From NCBI GenBank assembly GCA_040767085.1, contig JAXGPF010000003.1, positions 416,001 to 480,000 on the forward strand: a stretch of 64,000 bases of DNA, given 5' to 3'. Both the position numbers and the translations under genes were made by a program. The notes under the pieces were generated by a model. It saw only the letters and a program-made list of their open reading frames with translations. It searched no databases and was not told where the DNA came from. This stretch comes from Kiritimatiellia bacterium. GTDB taxonomy: Bacteria; Verrucomicrobiota; Kiritimatiellia; JAAZAB01. Of this stretch, positions 1 through 12,158 are shown in pieces (position 1 is the stretch's first letter; each line of letters opens with the position of its first letter).

Positions 1-282
1 ATCGTTCACGACAAACCGCGGGTGGGCGACGAGCGCAAACAGGCCGTATTCCGGCGCGGTCTTGGACTCGGTTTGGATTTGTCCCGTGCGGTCTCTTTGC
101 TTAAGTTCGTCGCGGTTGAATCCAACCAGGGGGCTGACCAGCCATATCAGCCCCTGGTTCCCGGGAGGCGGGAGTTCATCCTGGGCCTGGAGCGGCATGT
201 GCGCCAGCAGCAACGCGGCAATGGCAATGATCGTATTCCCCGCTTGTCTGCGGCCGATGGAGTTCCTCCTTGCGCCCTTCAT
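1..282 (-). CDS. Secreted hypothetical protein, 5' part (runs off left edge; not in ORF track)
   Basis: ATG at 282 overlaps the TGA of the YbaN-like gene (ATGA). Reads MKGARRNSIGRRQAGNTIIAIAALLLAHMPLQAQDEL..., open to position 1, with a signal-peptide-like N-terminus. Confidence 0.6.
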   Translation of the reverse strand, partial: MKGARRNSIGRRQAGNTIIAIAALLLAHMPLQAQDELPPPGNQGLIWLVSPLVGFNRDELKQRDRTGQIQTESKTAPEYGLFALVAHPRFVVND

Positions 283-746
283 GCTGTAGCCTTTCGTTCG
301 CCGGCCGTTTCCTGAACCATGGCCGGCCCTTCCGGCGCGGCCTGAACCGCAGGCCTGCCACCAAGCGCCGACGCCGGCTGGCAAGTCCTGATCAGCAATA
401 CGTGGACGGTGACGGCCACGGCAATGCCAGCCAGGACGAGTTTTAACCACCAGAGAGAGATGAAGAACGTAATCGTGGCGCCCATGCCAAGCCATAAGAG
501 CAAGAGCGTGGCGGACTTGTGCAGACGTGAAATACCCCGCCCTTCCCAATAGTTCCGGATATACGCGCCGCACCAACGGTTCGTAATCAGCCACCGGTAA
601 AAGCGCGGGGAACTGCGGGCGTAGCAGACGGCCGCGAGCAGGAGGAAGGGCGTCGTCGGCATGACCGGCAGGAATATCCCCGCGACGCCCAGCGCCACGC
701 AGGCGGCGCCGCAGCCTGTCAGCAGGATATGTTTCAGTCTGGTCAT
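279..746 (-). CDS. YbaN/DUF454 family inner membrane protein
   Basis: GIFLPVMPTTPFLLLAAVCYARSSPRFYRWL motif is typical of DUF454. Start placed at ATG 746 (ORF track extends to 818). Confidence 0.85.
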   Translation of the reverse strand: MTRLKHILLTGCGAACVALGVAGIFLPVMPTTPFLLLAAVCYARSSPRFYRWLITNRWCGAYIRNYWEGRGISRLHKSATLLLLWLGMGATITFFISLWWLKLVLAGIAVAVTVHVLLIRTCQPASALGGRPAVQAAPEGPAMVQETAGERKATA

Positions 747-830
747 TTCCAAAAATACGACTGCGTTCCGGCGGCAGCCATCAAGCCCGCCCTCCGGAAC
801 GCAGCAGGTATTCCGCATATCGCGCCGCGG

Positions 831-3065
<2,235 letters not shown>

Positions 3066-3228
3066 TTAGATTCAGGACATCAACTGGCAGTGCGGACATC
3101 AGCTTGTGCAACCAGCTTCTAAATTGAGGAAAGCGTGCGACAAGCAGCAGCGAAAGTCAAGCGCCGAATTGCGGCAGAGCAGGCTCAGCCCAGGGCTGCG
3201 TCATACTCCCGCGCCTTGCGCGCCGTTC

Positions 3229-3339
3229 CGGATCAGAAGCGGCCAAGGGACCCAGGCTTTGCCAAGGCTACGCCGGGCAAGCTGGCCGCCCTACCAGCGG
3301 ATCAGAAGCGGCCAAGGGATCCAGGCTTTGCCAAGGCTA
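3229..3339. repeat. Two 42-bp direct repeats (period 69 bp) containing a GTAG-type REP-like core
   Basis: CGGATCAGAAGCGGCCAAGGGA(C/T)CCAGGCTTTGCCAAGGCTA at 3229-3270 and 3298-3339, one mismatch. Confidence 0.85.
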
Positions 3340-3615
3340 ACCCCGCTGAAAGCGGGGCAAGTCTAGGTGCTTGTCCCGCCGCAGGCGGGAATTGCCCCGC
3401 CCCCGGCAAACCCGCCCGCAGGGTCCGCGCAGCGGACAGACGCCCCAAAGAACGCCTGTGCGGCTCGCACTCGCCGCCGTGCTTTTCGAACGGAATTCGC
3501 TACGCATCCCAAGCACTGCACTACAACAACAAATTTGTCTTACGACAATCTGATCAGCGGATTAGTGTATTCGAAACCAGACGCTCTCAGCGCAGGGGCA
3601 TGGCCCAGTCAACAA

Positions 3616-5610
3616 TCACTTGCCCGCGCCGCGCGCGCGGAACCAGGGCAGGGAACCCCAGCTGGATTGCTTTTCCCAGAATTGGCTGGCTGTACGAATC
3701 CAGCCGCGGACCGGCAAACCTGCCACGCGGCGCAATTCCGGTTCCCACTGGGCCAGCGTCCGGCCGGCCAGGTTCTGCGCCGCGGCGGCATCGCCGCGGG
3801 CTTCGGCTGCGTCAACCGCCTGTGCGGCGCGGCACAATTCCACCGCCATGTTCCAGTAGCGCAGGGCGTTCAGGAAGTCCTCCGCCTGGCGCTGCTCGCG
3901 CGCGAGGGATGCCTGGCGCATGGCGTTTTCGATCCGCGCCAGGGCGGCCGGCACATCCAAACCTTCCAGCAGGAAGGCGATATTGCGCGAGTTAGGCAAA
4001 TAACATCCGATGGCGGGCGGCACCGGCTGGAGGAAGGGCGAATCCGAGCCCTGCGCTTCCACGGATTTCACGCGCCGGTCAAAGTGCTCGTAAACCGGCC
4101 GGACAGCGTCCGCCAGCGAACCGAACATGCCTGCCAGAAATTCATCGCGCAAGGCCGGATAATCCACCCGGGCCGCCCATCCCATCCGCGCGAATGCCTG
4201 GTAATTCAAGGCATACACCTGGTGGTCGCCTTCGCGCGACTGCACGGTCGCGCCGCCGATGCCCATCTTTTTCAAACGCGGCCATTCCCGGATGATGACA
4301 TCCGCCATGGGGTACGGCAGGCCTTTCTGGGCATTCATGCCCATGTAATACTCGTATAAAATCAGTTCACAAGGCTGGGTACGGCGCCATTGATCCAGGA
4401 TGTCCAGGAAAAACCGGTTCATCCGGCAGGCATCCGGCGCCAGCTCGTGCACGGCACAGCGCCAGTAGATTGCCATCCAGATGACAATGTTCTTTTCATA
4501 TTGCACGCCGCGCGGCGGCCATTGCAGGTCCACGTATGCGGCCCCGCCGACCTTGACGCCCGGAAATTCCCGTCCGACCGCCCGCGCCACTTCGTTCAGC
4601 AGCAGGGCATAGCGCCGGGATTTACCGCGATTTTCCGCTTCCGGCTGCCGGTGCGAGTTAAATGGCTTGTCGGCATCCCCCGGATCGGCATCCAGCCGGC
4701 GGCAGGCCGGACAGCGGCACATGCCAATGCCGTCTTCAGGAATGACGCCCACAATCCGCGTCTCGGGGTTTTCCCGCAGATATTGGAGCACGTTTTTAAT
4801 CAACTCCGCCACGACCGCCCGGTTGCTGGTGCAGAGGCAAAGCTGCGCCGGCATACGGCTGCGAGCGCCATCGGCTCCCTGCGCGTACCATTCCGGATGT
4901 TCGGCGAAATATTTTTCGGGCGGCAGCCAGTAAAACAGGTTATGATGATTCATGTCCACCTTCAACCCACGCTGCATGATGGCGGGCAGCATATGGCGGC
5001 GGAACCAGGTGTTGGTGAAACGATTTTCGTTGCGGGCCACGACGCGGCCGGTTTCCGGGTCAAACGTGGCAACATCGTCCAGCGGCAGTTCCGGCTGCAG
5101 GTGGATCAGGACGTAGTTCATCCCGTTTTTCGCCATCCAATCCACCCGCTTGAGTATCCACTCCAATTCCGAGGGCGAAGTTGAAAACTGCAGCCCGCGG
5201 TACCATAATTCCGGGCGCATCCGCACCGCTCCCATGGGAATCGCCAGCCGCTCGAGCCGCGGCACATGCTCGCCGTCCGGGGCATACCCGCTGAACCGGC
5301 AACCGGCATAACGCCGTAGAAATTCATAAACGCCGTATACGGCGCCGGCTGGACCGCCGCCGCGGATGCTGAATTTACCCGCGGTTTCCGCCGCCAGAAT
5401 GTAACCCTCATCCGTCAGAGTTTCATCGGGCACACAGGCAACCTGAATCACCGGCGCGTCCGCCGCCGGCGCGGCTGCCACCGGTATTTCCCCGCCGAAC
5501 GCCAGACCCAGGTAACGCGCCAGCTCGGCGGCGGCAAATCGGACAGGCGCGGGGGCGGCGGGATCGGACACAATCTGCGGGGTACGCGTCGCGGTGCAAA
5601 TAAATTCCAT
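3616..5610 (-). CDS. DUF4838-like protein (glycoside hydrolase-like, GH67/GH20 N-domain)
   Basis: FAAAELARYL, DEGY and GAVYGVYEFL in the N-domain; PEKYFAEHPEWYA, QLCLCTSN, PEDG-CRCPAC and YEYY motifs. Confidence 0.75.
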   Translation of the reverse strand: MEFICTATRTPQIVSDPAAPAPVRFAAAELARYLGLAFGGEIPVAAAPAADAPVIQVACVPDETLTDEGYILAAETAGKFSIRGGGPAGAVYGVYEFLRRYAGCRFSGYAPDGEHVPRLERLAIPMGAVRMRPELWYRGLQFSTSPSELEWILKRVDWMAKNGMNYVLIHLQPELPLDDVATFDPETGRVVARNENRFTNTWFRRHMLPAIMQRGLKVDMNHHNLFYWLPPEKYFAEHPEWYAQGADGARSRMPAQLCLCTSNRAVVAELIKNVLQYLRENPETRIVGVIPEDGIGMCRCPACRRLDADPGDADKPFNSHRQPEAENRGKSRRYALLLNEVARAVGREFPGVKVGGAAYVDLQWPPRGVQYEKNIVIWMAIYWRCAVHELAPDACRMNRFFLDILDQWRRTQPCELILYEYYMGMNAQKGLPYPMADVIIREWPRLKKMGIGGATVQSREGDHQVYALNYQAFARMGWAARVDYPALRDEFLAGMFGSLADAVRPVYEHFDRRVKSVEAQGSDSPFLQPVPPAIGCYLPNSRNIAFLLEGLDVPAALARIENAMRQASLAREQRQAEDFLNALRYWNMAVELCRAAQAVDAAEARGDAAAAQNLAGRTLAQWEPELRRVAGLPVRGWIRTASQFWEKQSSWGSLPWFRARGAGK

Positions 5611-5631
5611 GGGGATGACTTTCTTTAATGT

Positions 5632-5674
5632 GTTCAGGGTTCAGGGGTTCAAGGTTCAAGGGTTCAAGGTTCAG
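5632..5674. repeat. Imperfect heptamer tandem repeat (GGTTCAR)
   Basis: gttcagg-gttcagggg-ttcaagg-ttcaaggg-ttcaagg-ttcag in the intergenic gap. Confidence 0.8.
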
Positions 5675-6453
5675 ATCGTCAGGTCGCAAATGTTGTCGCT
5701 GCGCATGCGCACCGTCCGCTCATCCAGGCGTTCCGCTCCGCGCGCCAGGTAGCCATCTATCCTGGCGCCTTCCTTGAGGCGGACTTCCAACTCATATGGC
5801 GGGGTAATTTTGACCGGGGGGATGTTTTGCGCATCCCGGACCGCCGCGGCGGCAGTCCGCCGGATCAGTTCCCGGGCGGCTTGCGGCGACAGGTGCAGCG
5901 CCAATTCCAGGCCCAGGCCGCGCTTGACCACCGCCGCATGGATTTTCGGGACCAGGGTCCGCGCCTCCGCAGCCGCCTTGTCGTCGCCGGAAATAAAAAC
6001 CGCCGGCACGCCCAGCGTTCCCGCCATGGCAGCCCGGGCGCCGAACTCACCGGTCAAGCGGCCGTTGAGCTTGTAATATTCCACGGTCTTCGAGGAATAA
6101 GTATGGCATAAAGGCGCATCCGGCGTGCCGGCCATGGCGTGTTGCCCCACGAAAAACAAGGCATCGAACGAACTATCCAGGTAGTACGGCGGGCGGATCG
6201 GGCCCCGGGTAATCAATTGCGCCCGGGGATGGAACGACATGATGTCCACCCCGCCGCCGCCATGGCCGTCCCAGACGATCACTTCCGCTCCCGGCGATGC
6301 ATCCAGAATGCCGTCCACCGCGGCGTTGACCTCGCCGGTCAGCAGCAGCATGGCTTCGCGTTTCAGTTCGGGCGCGGCCTGCCAATCGCGGGTCTGCTGG
6401 AACCGCGAGACCATGGCCGGTCCTTCCAAATCCGTGATGATGTAAATTTTCAT
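5671..6453 (-). CDS. M55 family metallopeptidase (DppA-like D-aminopeptidase)
   Basis: MKIYIITDLEG, DGHG, GQHAMAG, LCHTYS and FISGD motifs. Confidence 0.92.
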   Translation of the reverse strand: MKIYIITDLEGPAMVSRFQQTRDWQAAPELKREAMLLLTGEVNAAVDGILDASPGAEVIVWDGHGGGGVDIMSFHPRAQLITRGPIRPPYYLDSSFDALFFVGQHAMAGTPDAPLCHTYSSKTVEYYKLNGRLTGEFGARAAMAGTLGVPAVFISGDDKAAAEARTLVPKIHAAVVKRGLGLELALHLSPQAARELIRRTAAAAVRDAQNIPPVKITPPYELEVRLKEGARIDGYLARGAERLDERTVRMRSDNICDLTI

Positions 6454-6502
6454 GATTGATTCTGGCAGCGGCCTAAAATTTCAAATCCGTGAAAAGGCCG
6501 GT

Positions 6503-7177
6503 TCATTCCCGCGCGAGCACTACGCTTTCGAAGACCTGGAAGGTCGCGCCCTGACGCCAGGCGTTGGAAGGCAATCCGGCCTTGCGGCTGAGATGTTCCA
6601 GGGTGTCTTCGCGGGACCATTGCTGCTCGATCGCGACCTCGGGCAGGAAAACGGCCCGGCGCCCGCCCTTGCCCAGGATGATCCCATGCCGCCCGATTTG
6701 AAATTCCTCCGGCCCCGCAATGGCGGTCAAGGGGCTGAGGATGGAGACATCCACCCGCACTTCCGGCAATTCTTCCTGCCGCAGGGGACTGAACCGCGGA
6801 TCGCGCAGGGCGGCATTGACAGCGTTGTTATGAACCGACAGGTACAGCGGCTCAACCGCTTCCAGCGAGCCGATGCAGCCGCGCAGGTCGCCGTGAATTT
6901 TCAAGGTAACGAACGTGGCCAGCACGGTCTTCAACTTCGGCGTGATCTGGTAGGCTGACATGTCGAACCGGCCGGGCCGGCCCTGCACGCACCACTTCAG
7001 GGTATCGCCGGCGATGGCGAAAAGGGTCGTCTGCTCCTCCGCCGACAAACCCGGCGTCCATGTTCCGCTGCGATGTTCATGCATGGTGCGCGCCTCCGTG
7101 GGATTGGCCGCCGGCGACCAGGCCGGCTGACAGCAGCATACCGCAAACCACACTGCCGCTGCAAGCGGATGTTGCAT
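6503..7177 (-). CDS. AMMECR1 family (AmmeMemoRadiSam system protein A)
   Basis: ATFVTL, LRGCIG, DPRF, DVSILS, GRHG and AVFLPEVA motifs; GGAG RBS before ATG 7177. Confidence 0.9.
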   Translation of the reverse strand: MQHPLAAAVWFAVCCCQPAWSPAANPTEARTMHEHRSGTWTPGLSAEEQTTLFAIAGDTLKWCVQGRPGRFDMSAYQITPKLKTVLATFVTLKIHGDLRGCIGSLEAVEPLYLSVHNNAVNAALRDPRFSPLRQEELPEVRVDVSILSPLTAIAGPEEFQIGRHGIILGKGGRRAVFLPEVAIEQQWSREDTLEHLSRKAGLPSNAWRQGATFQVFESVVLARE

Positions 7178-7190
7178 TGTTTTGCTCCGA

Positions 7191-8611
7191 TCACCGGAAT
7201 TTCGGCAGGCATTTGCCATGGGCGCGGATCATCCGGTCGCACAGCTCCACGATTTCATCCATGGAAAGCTCGGCCGCCGTGTGGGGATCCAGAGGGCCGC
7301 CTGGTAAACACTATCGCGCCGGCGGGTAAAAGCCGCTTCCAGCGTCAGCAGGTGGACATTGATGGCGGTGCGGTTCAGCGCGGCGCAGGCTTCCGGCAGG
7401 GGGCCGGCATAACACCCCTGGACGCCGTTGCGGTCCACCAGGCAGGGTACTTCCACGCAGGCCGCCGCCGGCAGATTGGGGATCAGGCCGGTATTCAGCA
7501 CATTGCCGCCGATATGTTCGGGCGCGTCGGTTTCCATGGCCTGCATGATGCGAGAGGCATATTCGTGCGACCGGGCATGCTGCAGCGTGGGATTATTCAC
7601 CAATTCCCGGCTCATTTTACGCCAATTTTTGATTTGCCGGACGCAGCGCCGCGGGTATTCGTCAAGCGCAATGCCGAATTGCGCGAGCAGTTCCGGATGC
7701 GTCCGCTTGATCCAATAGGGCATGTACTCGGCGCTATGCACGCTGGATTCGGTGAGGTAGCAGCCGAACCGCCGCATCAACGACAGCCGCACCAGGTCAT
7801 GCGCCACGCGCAGGTCGTTGGCCAACTGGTGATTTCCCTTGAGGTCCAACCCCCGGCGTTCGGCTTCCAGGAGGGCGTATTTCTTAAATTTTTCGGCGCC
7901 GCCGGCGCGGGCGATGCAGTCCATGGAGGCCGCGATCCGGCGCTTGATGGCGGGATACAAATCCCGGCCGCCATCCTTGATTTCCAGCAGCCAGCCCTGG
8001 TGGTTGATCCCGGCGATTTTCCACTGGACCCGGCCAACGCGCTGAGGCATACCAGCCTTGCGCAACAGCGAATCGGCGCAGACCTGCACCGAATGACAGA
8101 GGCCGACAGTCCGGATTCCCAGCCGCAGGAATGCGCCGGTCAGGATGGACATGGGATTGGTATAATTCAGGAGCCAGGCGGACGGGCAGACGTCCCAGAT
8201 ATCCCGGGCGAATTCTTCCAGCACCGGGATGGTGCGCAAGGCCCGGAAAATGCCGCCAATGCCCAGCGTATCCCCGATCGTCTGGCGCAAGCCGAATTTT
8301 TTCGGCACTTCAAAGTCCACTGCCGTGCCGGGTTTGTACCCTCCCACCTGGATGGCATTGACGATGTAATCCGCGCCGCTGAGCGCATCCCGGCGCTGGG
8401 CGGGCCCGAGGTAAGCGCGGACTTCGGCGCGGCCGCCATTGATATTGGCGTTCAGGGTTTCGACCATCCGCAGCGATTCCCGCAGGCGTTGCCCGTCAAT
8501 ATCGTAAAGCGCAATCCGCGCCGACTGCAGCGATTCCGCGCCAAAACAATCTCCCAGCACGTTTTTGGCGAATACCGTGCTGCCTGCCCCCAAGAACGCG
8601 ATCTTTGGCAT
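7191..8611 (-). pseudogene. melA: GH4 alpha-galactosidase (MelA-like) with a 1-nt frameshift near the 3' end (may be a sequencing error)
   Basis: KIAFLGAGS, QTIGDTLGIGG, LNYTNPM, GLCHSVQ and GINHQ motifs. The conserved tail (L)DPHTAAELSMDEIVELCDRMIRAHG continues in another frame after ~7291 to TGA at 7191. Confidence 0.85.
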
Positions 8612-8798
8612 ATGCACTGGCTCCCGTTTGATTACCATCGCCCGGCGCGGCTCCTCGCCGGCCCGACAGCAACACAGTCCATCAATAATTGCGGCATGAT
8701 AGCACAAGCGAATGGCGAAGCAAGTAGCTTGTGCGGAATACGGATGCGCCACGCAGTGGCGCTGCTACAGACGGAATACGGCACGGCGCGCACGGTCT

Positions 8799-9695
8799 TC
8801 AGCGCCGGCGGCGGCTGGCGCGCTGCAGGATTTCGCGCTCGCTGTCGGTCAGCGAATTCAAGCCATAGCGGGAAATTTTTTCCAGCACTGCGTCCACTTC
8901 CTCCGCCGGCGGCGGCGCGTCCACCGGCGGTTCGGGCGGAGCGTTCCAGAGGTTATCCGATCGCGACACCACCTTGAAATTGCGCCGTTCCCAGCGCCAG
9001 CGCGCTTCATGCCACCAGCGCCGCGGGTCCCAGGCGATACCCGGCCCTGTGCGGTTGAAAAAAAGCGCGACATACAGCCAGCCGGCCAGGCCGCCGACCA
9101 GGTGCGCGGCATGGGCGATATGGCCCGGCTGGCTGAACATCATCAGCAGGGTTGCCACTCCAAAGCCGATCGCCATGGTGCGGGCGCGCATGGTTATCGG
9201 CACCACAAAAAAAACCAGGAGCGTAACCGGCCGGTCGGGAAACAACGCGGCGAAAGCCGCCAGGATGCCCAACACCGCGCCGGAAGCGCCGACACAAATC
9301 CCCTGCTGGCCGCTGATCAGCAGCCAGCCCAAGCCGCCCAGCAGGCCGCAGGCCAGGTACAGCTTGACAAACCGGCGGCGGCCCAGGACGCGCTCGGTTT
9401 CCGGCCCCAGGAAAAACAGGCCCAGCATGTTTAAAAACAGGTGCCAGAAACCGCCATGCAGAAACATGTACGTCACCGGCTGCCACAGTTCCAGGCGTCG
9501 GATACCGGCCCAACTGAGGGCGAAGACGGGCGTAAAGCCATAGCCGGTCATCCAATCGAATATTTTCTGGGCCAGGAACGCCATGACCGTCAACGCCAGC
9601 AAAAACCGGGTGGCGGGCGACCACAGCAATCCCATGCCGAAAGGATTTGGGGCAGGGTTGGAATGATAACCGTAAGCATTATGCCTGATATGCAT
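8799..9695 (-). CDS. Rhomboid intramembrane serine protease with C-terminal DUF6576-like tail
   Basis: WQPVTYMFLH, HLFLNM, GASG and AHAAHLVGG motifs; tail EEVDAVLEKISRYGLNSLT. Confidence 0.92.
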   Translation of the reverse strand: MHIRHNAYGYHSNPAPNPFGMGLLWSPATRFLLALTVMAFLAQKIFDWMTGYGFTPVFALSWAGIRRLELWQPVTYMFLHGGFWHLFLNMLGLFFLGPETERVLGRRRFVKLYLACGLLGGLGWLLISGQQGICVGASGAVLGILAAFAALFPDRPVTLLVFFVVPITMRARTMAIGFGVATLLMMFSQPGHIAHAAHLVGGLAGWLYVALFFNRTGPGIAWDPRRWWHEARWRWERRNFKVVSRSDNLWNAPPEPPVDAPPPAEEVDAVLEKISRYGLNSLTDSEREILQRASRRRR

Positions 9696-9788
9696 TTGCT
9701 GTCGATTGTATGGATATGCCGGCATGGGGCAACCTTTTTTTGCGGATTAATTTGCGCGACCCGGACGATTCTGGTATTATAGGTGTTT

Positions 9789-11552
9789 ATGCAAAGCGAC
9801 ATCAAATTACTTTCCGGCAACGAGGCCATAGCGCGGGGCGCCTATGAAACGGGCGTGAAAGTGGCTTCCGGCTACCCGGGCACGCCGTCCACCGAGATCA
9901 TGGAAGCGGTGGCAACCTATCGCCCGGATATTTACTGCGAGTGGGCGCCGAACGAAAAAGTGGCTTTTGAGGTGGCCGCCGGCGCGGCGCTGTCCGGCGC
10001 GCGGGCCATGACGACCATGAAGCATGTGGGGTTGAACGTAGCCGCCGACCCGCTGATGACGCTGGCTTACGTGGGCGTGGCAGGCGGCATGGTAGCCTGT
10101 GTGGCGGACGACCCCGGGATGCATTCCTCCCAGAATGAGCAGGACACCCGGCATTACGCGCGGTTCGCCAAAATCCCCGTGTTGGAGCCGGCCGATTCCC
10201 AGGACGCGCTCGACTTCTTCAAGCTGGGCATGGCCATTTCCGAGGAACACCGCACGCCGGTGATTCTGCGCACGACGACGCGCGTCAGCCATTCGCGCAG
10301 CGTGGTTAAAATCGGGGAACGGCAGCCGCCGGCGCGCGCGCCGGGCTTCGTCAAAAACCCCCAGCGTTTCGTGCCGGTGCCGGCGCATGCGCGCGGCATG
10401 CGCGTGAGCCTGGAAGAACGCCTGCGGAAATTGCAGGCGGCCGCGGCCGTGTCGCCGGCGAACCGCCTGGAATGGCGCGACCGGTCGCTGGGCATCATCG
10501 CCGAAGGCGTTGCTTACCAGTACGTCCGGGAAATCTTCCCGGAGGCCTCGGTTTTAAAAATCGGCTGGGTATATCCTTTCCCCGACGATTTATTGCGGGG
10601 ATTTGCCGCCGGCGTCCAACGCCTGCTGGTCGTCGAGGAGTTGGACGACATCCTGGAGCAGCATCTGAAAGCCCTGGGCATCGCTTGCGAGGGACGCAGC
10701 GTCGTGCCGGGCATCGGCGAACTGTCCCCGGACATTCTGGCCGCAGCCCGTCATCGTCTGCTGGGCGAAGCCGCCGGCGCCCGGACGCCACAACCGGCGA
10801 TCCAGGATCTGCCAGCGCGGCCGCCGGTGCTGTGTCCGGGCTGTCCGCATCGCGGCGTATTCCACGCCCTGGGCAAATTCGACGCGGTGGTCACCGGCGA
10901 CATCGGTTGTTACAGCCTCGGGTTTGCCCCGCCGCTTTCGCGTCTGGATACGATTTTATGCATGGGCGGCGGGATTTCCATGGCGCACGGCATGCAGAAA
11001 GCCGGCGAGCCGCGCAAGGTGGTGGGGCTTGTGGGCGATTCGACGTTTTTCCACTCCGGCATTACCGGCCTGCTGAACATTGCGTATAACCGCGGATTAT
11101 CCACGATCATTGTGGCCGACAACCGCACCACCGCCATGACCGGCCACCAGGACCATCCCGGCACGGGGCGGACACTGATGGGCGAATCCAGCCCGGAGGC
11201 GGATATTGCCGCCTTCGGCCGCGCCTGCGGCCTGGAGCGCGTTTTCACGGTCAACCCCTACGATACCGGCGCGCTCATCAAAATCTTGCGGGAATGCCTG
11301 GAATCCGACGCTCCCCAACCGGCCTTGATCGTGACGCGCGCGCCCTGCCCGCTGGCGGCGCGCCGGCCGGTGGGATCGCAGCGCCGGGTGCTGGCGGAAA
11401 AATGCAAGCAATGCGGACAATGTTTGAAAATCGCCTGCCCGGCGGTGGAACGCACGGCGGAGGGCATTCGCATCAATCCCGTCTTGTGCTACGGCTGCGG
11501 CTTATGCGCCCAGGTCTGCAAATTCGGCGCCATCGTGGCGGAGCCGGATTGA
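9789..11552 (+). CDS. iorA: Indolepyruvate ferredoxin oxidoreductase subunit alpha
   Basis: LLSGNEAIARG, YPGTPSTE, MKHVGLNVAAD, SSQNEQD, CPGCPH, GDIGCY and GDSTFFH motifs; C-terminal ferredoxin Cys motifs. Confidence 0.95.
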   Translation: MQSDIKLLSGNEAIARGAYETGVKVASGYPGTPSTEIMEAVATYRPDIYCEWAPNEKVAFEVAAGAALSGARAMTTMKHVGLNVAADPLMTLAYVGVAGGMVACVADDPGMHSSQNEQDTRHYARFAKIPVLEPADSQDALDFFKLGMAISEEHRTPVILRTTTRVSHSRSVVKIGERQPPARAPGFVKNPQRFVPVPAHARGMRVSLEERLRKLQAAAAVSPANRLEWRDRSLGIIAEGVAYQYVREIFPEASVLKIGWVYPFPDDLLRGFAAGVQRLLVVEELDDILEQHLKALGIACEGRSVVPGIGELSPDILAAARHRLLGEAAGARTPQPAIQDLPARPPVLCPGCPHRGVFHALGKFDAVVTGDIGCYSLGFAPPLSRLDTILCMGGGISMAHGMQKAGEPRKVVGLVGDSTFFHSGITGLLNIAYNRGLSTIIVADNRTTAMTGHQDHPGTGRTLMGESSPEADIAAFGRACGLERVFTVNPYDTGALIKILRECLESDAPQPALIVTRAPCPLAARRPVGSQRRVLAEKCKQCGQCLKIACPAVERTAEGIRINPVLCYGCGLCAQVCKFGAIVAEPD

Positions 11553-11570
11553 CGGCGGGGGAACAAGAAA

Positions 11571-12158
11571 ATGACCCAACTAACCCATAGTATTTTATTG
11601 GCAGGCGTGGGCGGACAGGGCAGCCTGCTGGCCAGCGTCATTGTTTCCCAGGCCGCCTTACTCGCCGGCTACCAGGTGAAGACCAACGAAGTGCATGGCA
11701 TGGCCCAGCGCGGGGGATCGGTCATCACCCAAATCCGCTACGGCCGGGAAGTGTTCAGTCCGCTGATGCCGGACGGCACCGCCTGCGCCCTGGGCGCATT
11801 CGAGATGATCGAAGCGCTCCGCCACGCGCATTTTCTGGCGCCGGACGGCCTGGCGGTGGTTTCGACCCAGAAAATCATTCCCGTCAGCGTCTCATCGGGC
11901 GGGATGGCGTATCCCGCCGATGCCGCAGCGCGGCTGCGCCGCGCATTCGCGCGGCTGGTCTTGCTGGACGCGGATGAAATCGCCGGCGGCCTGGGCAACC
12001 GGCGCGCCGCCAATATCGTGATCCTGGGCGCGTTATCCCGCGGGCTGGATTTACCGGAAGCAGCCTGGCGCGCGGCCATTGAAGCATCGGTCAAGCCGGC
12101 CTACCGCGCGGTTAACCTGCAAGCCTTCGCCGCCGGGCGCGCGGCCGATTCGAAATAA
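11571..12158 (+). CDS. iorB: Indolepyruvate ferredoxin oxidoreductase subunit beta
   Basis: AGVGGQG and EVHGMAQRGGSV motifs; directly follows iorA. Confidence 0.95.
   Translation: MTQLTHSILLAGVGGQGSLLASVIVSQAALLAGYQVKTNEVHGMAQRGGSVITQIRYGREVFSPLMPDGTACALGAFEMIEALRHAHFLAPDGLAVVSTQKIIPVSVSSGGMAYPADAAARLRRAFARLVLLDADEIAGGLGNRRAANIVILGALSRGLDLPEAAWRAAIEASVKPAYRAVNLQAFAAGRAADSK

Noticed and set aside
3229-3339. Possible mini-CRISPR (repeat-spacer-repeat)
   Set aside because: Only two units, the core matches a REP-like palindrome found elsewhere in the window, and there are no cas genes.
3135-3995. 286-aa ORF containing a repeated peptide
   Set aside because: The peptide repeat only reflects the DNA repeat, and the ORF overlaps the DUF4838-like gene antisense.
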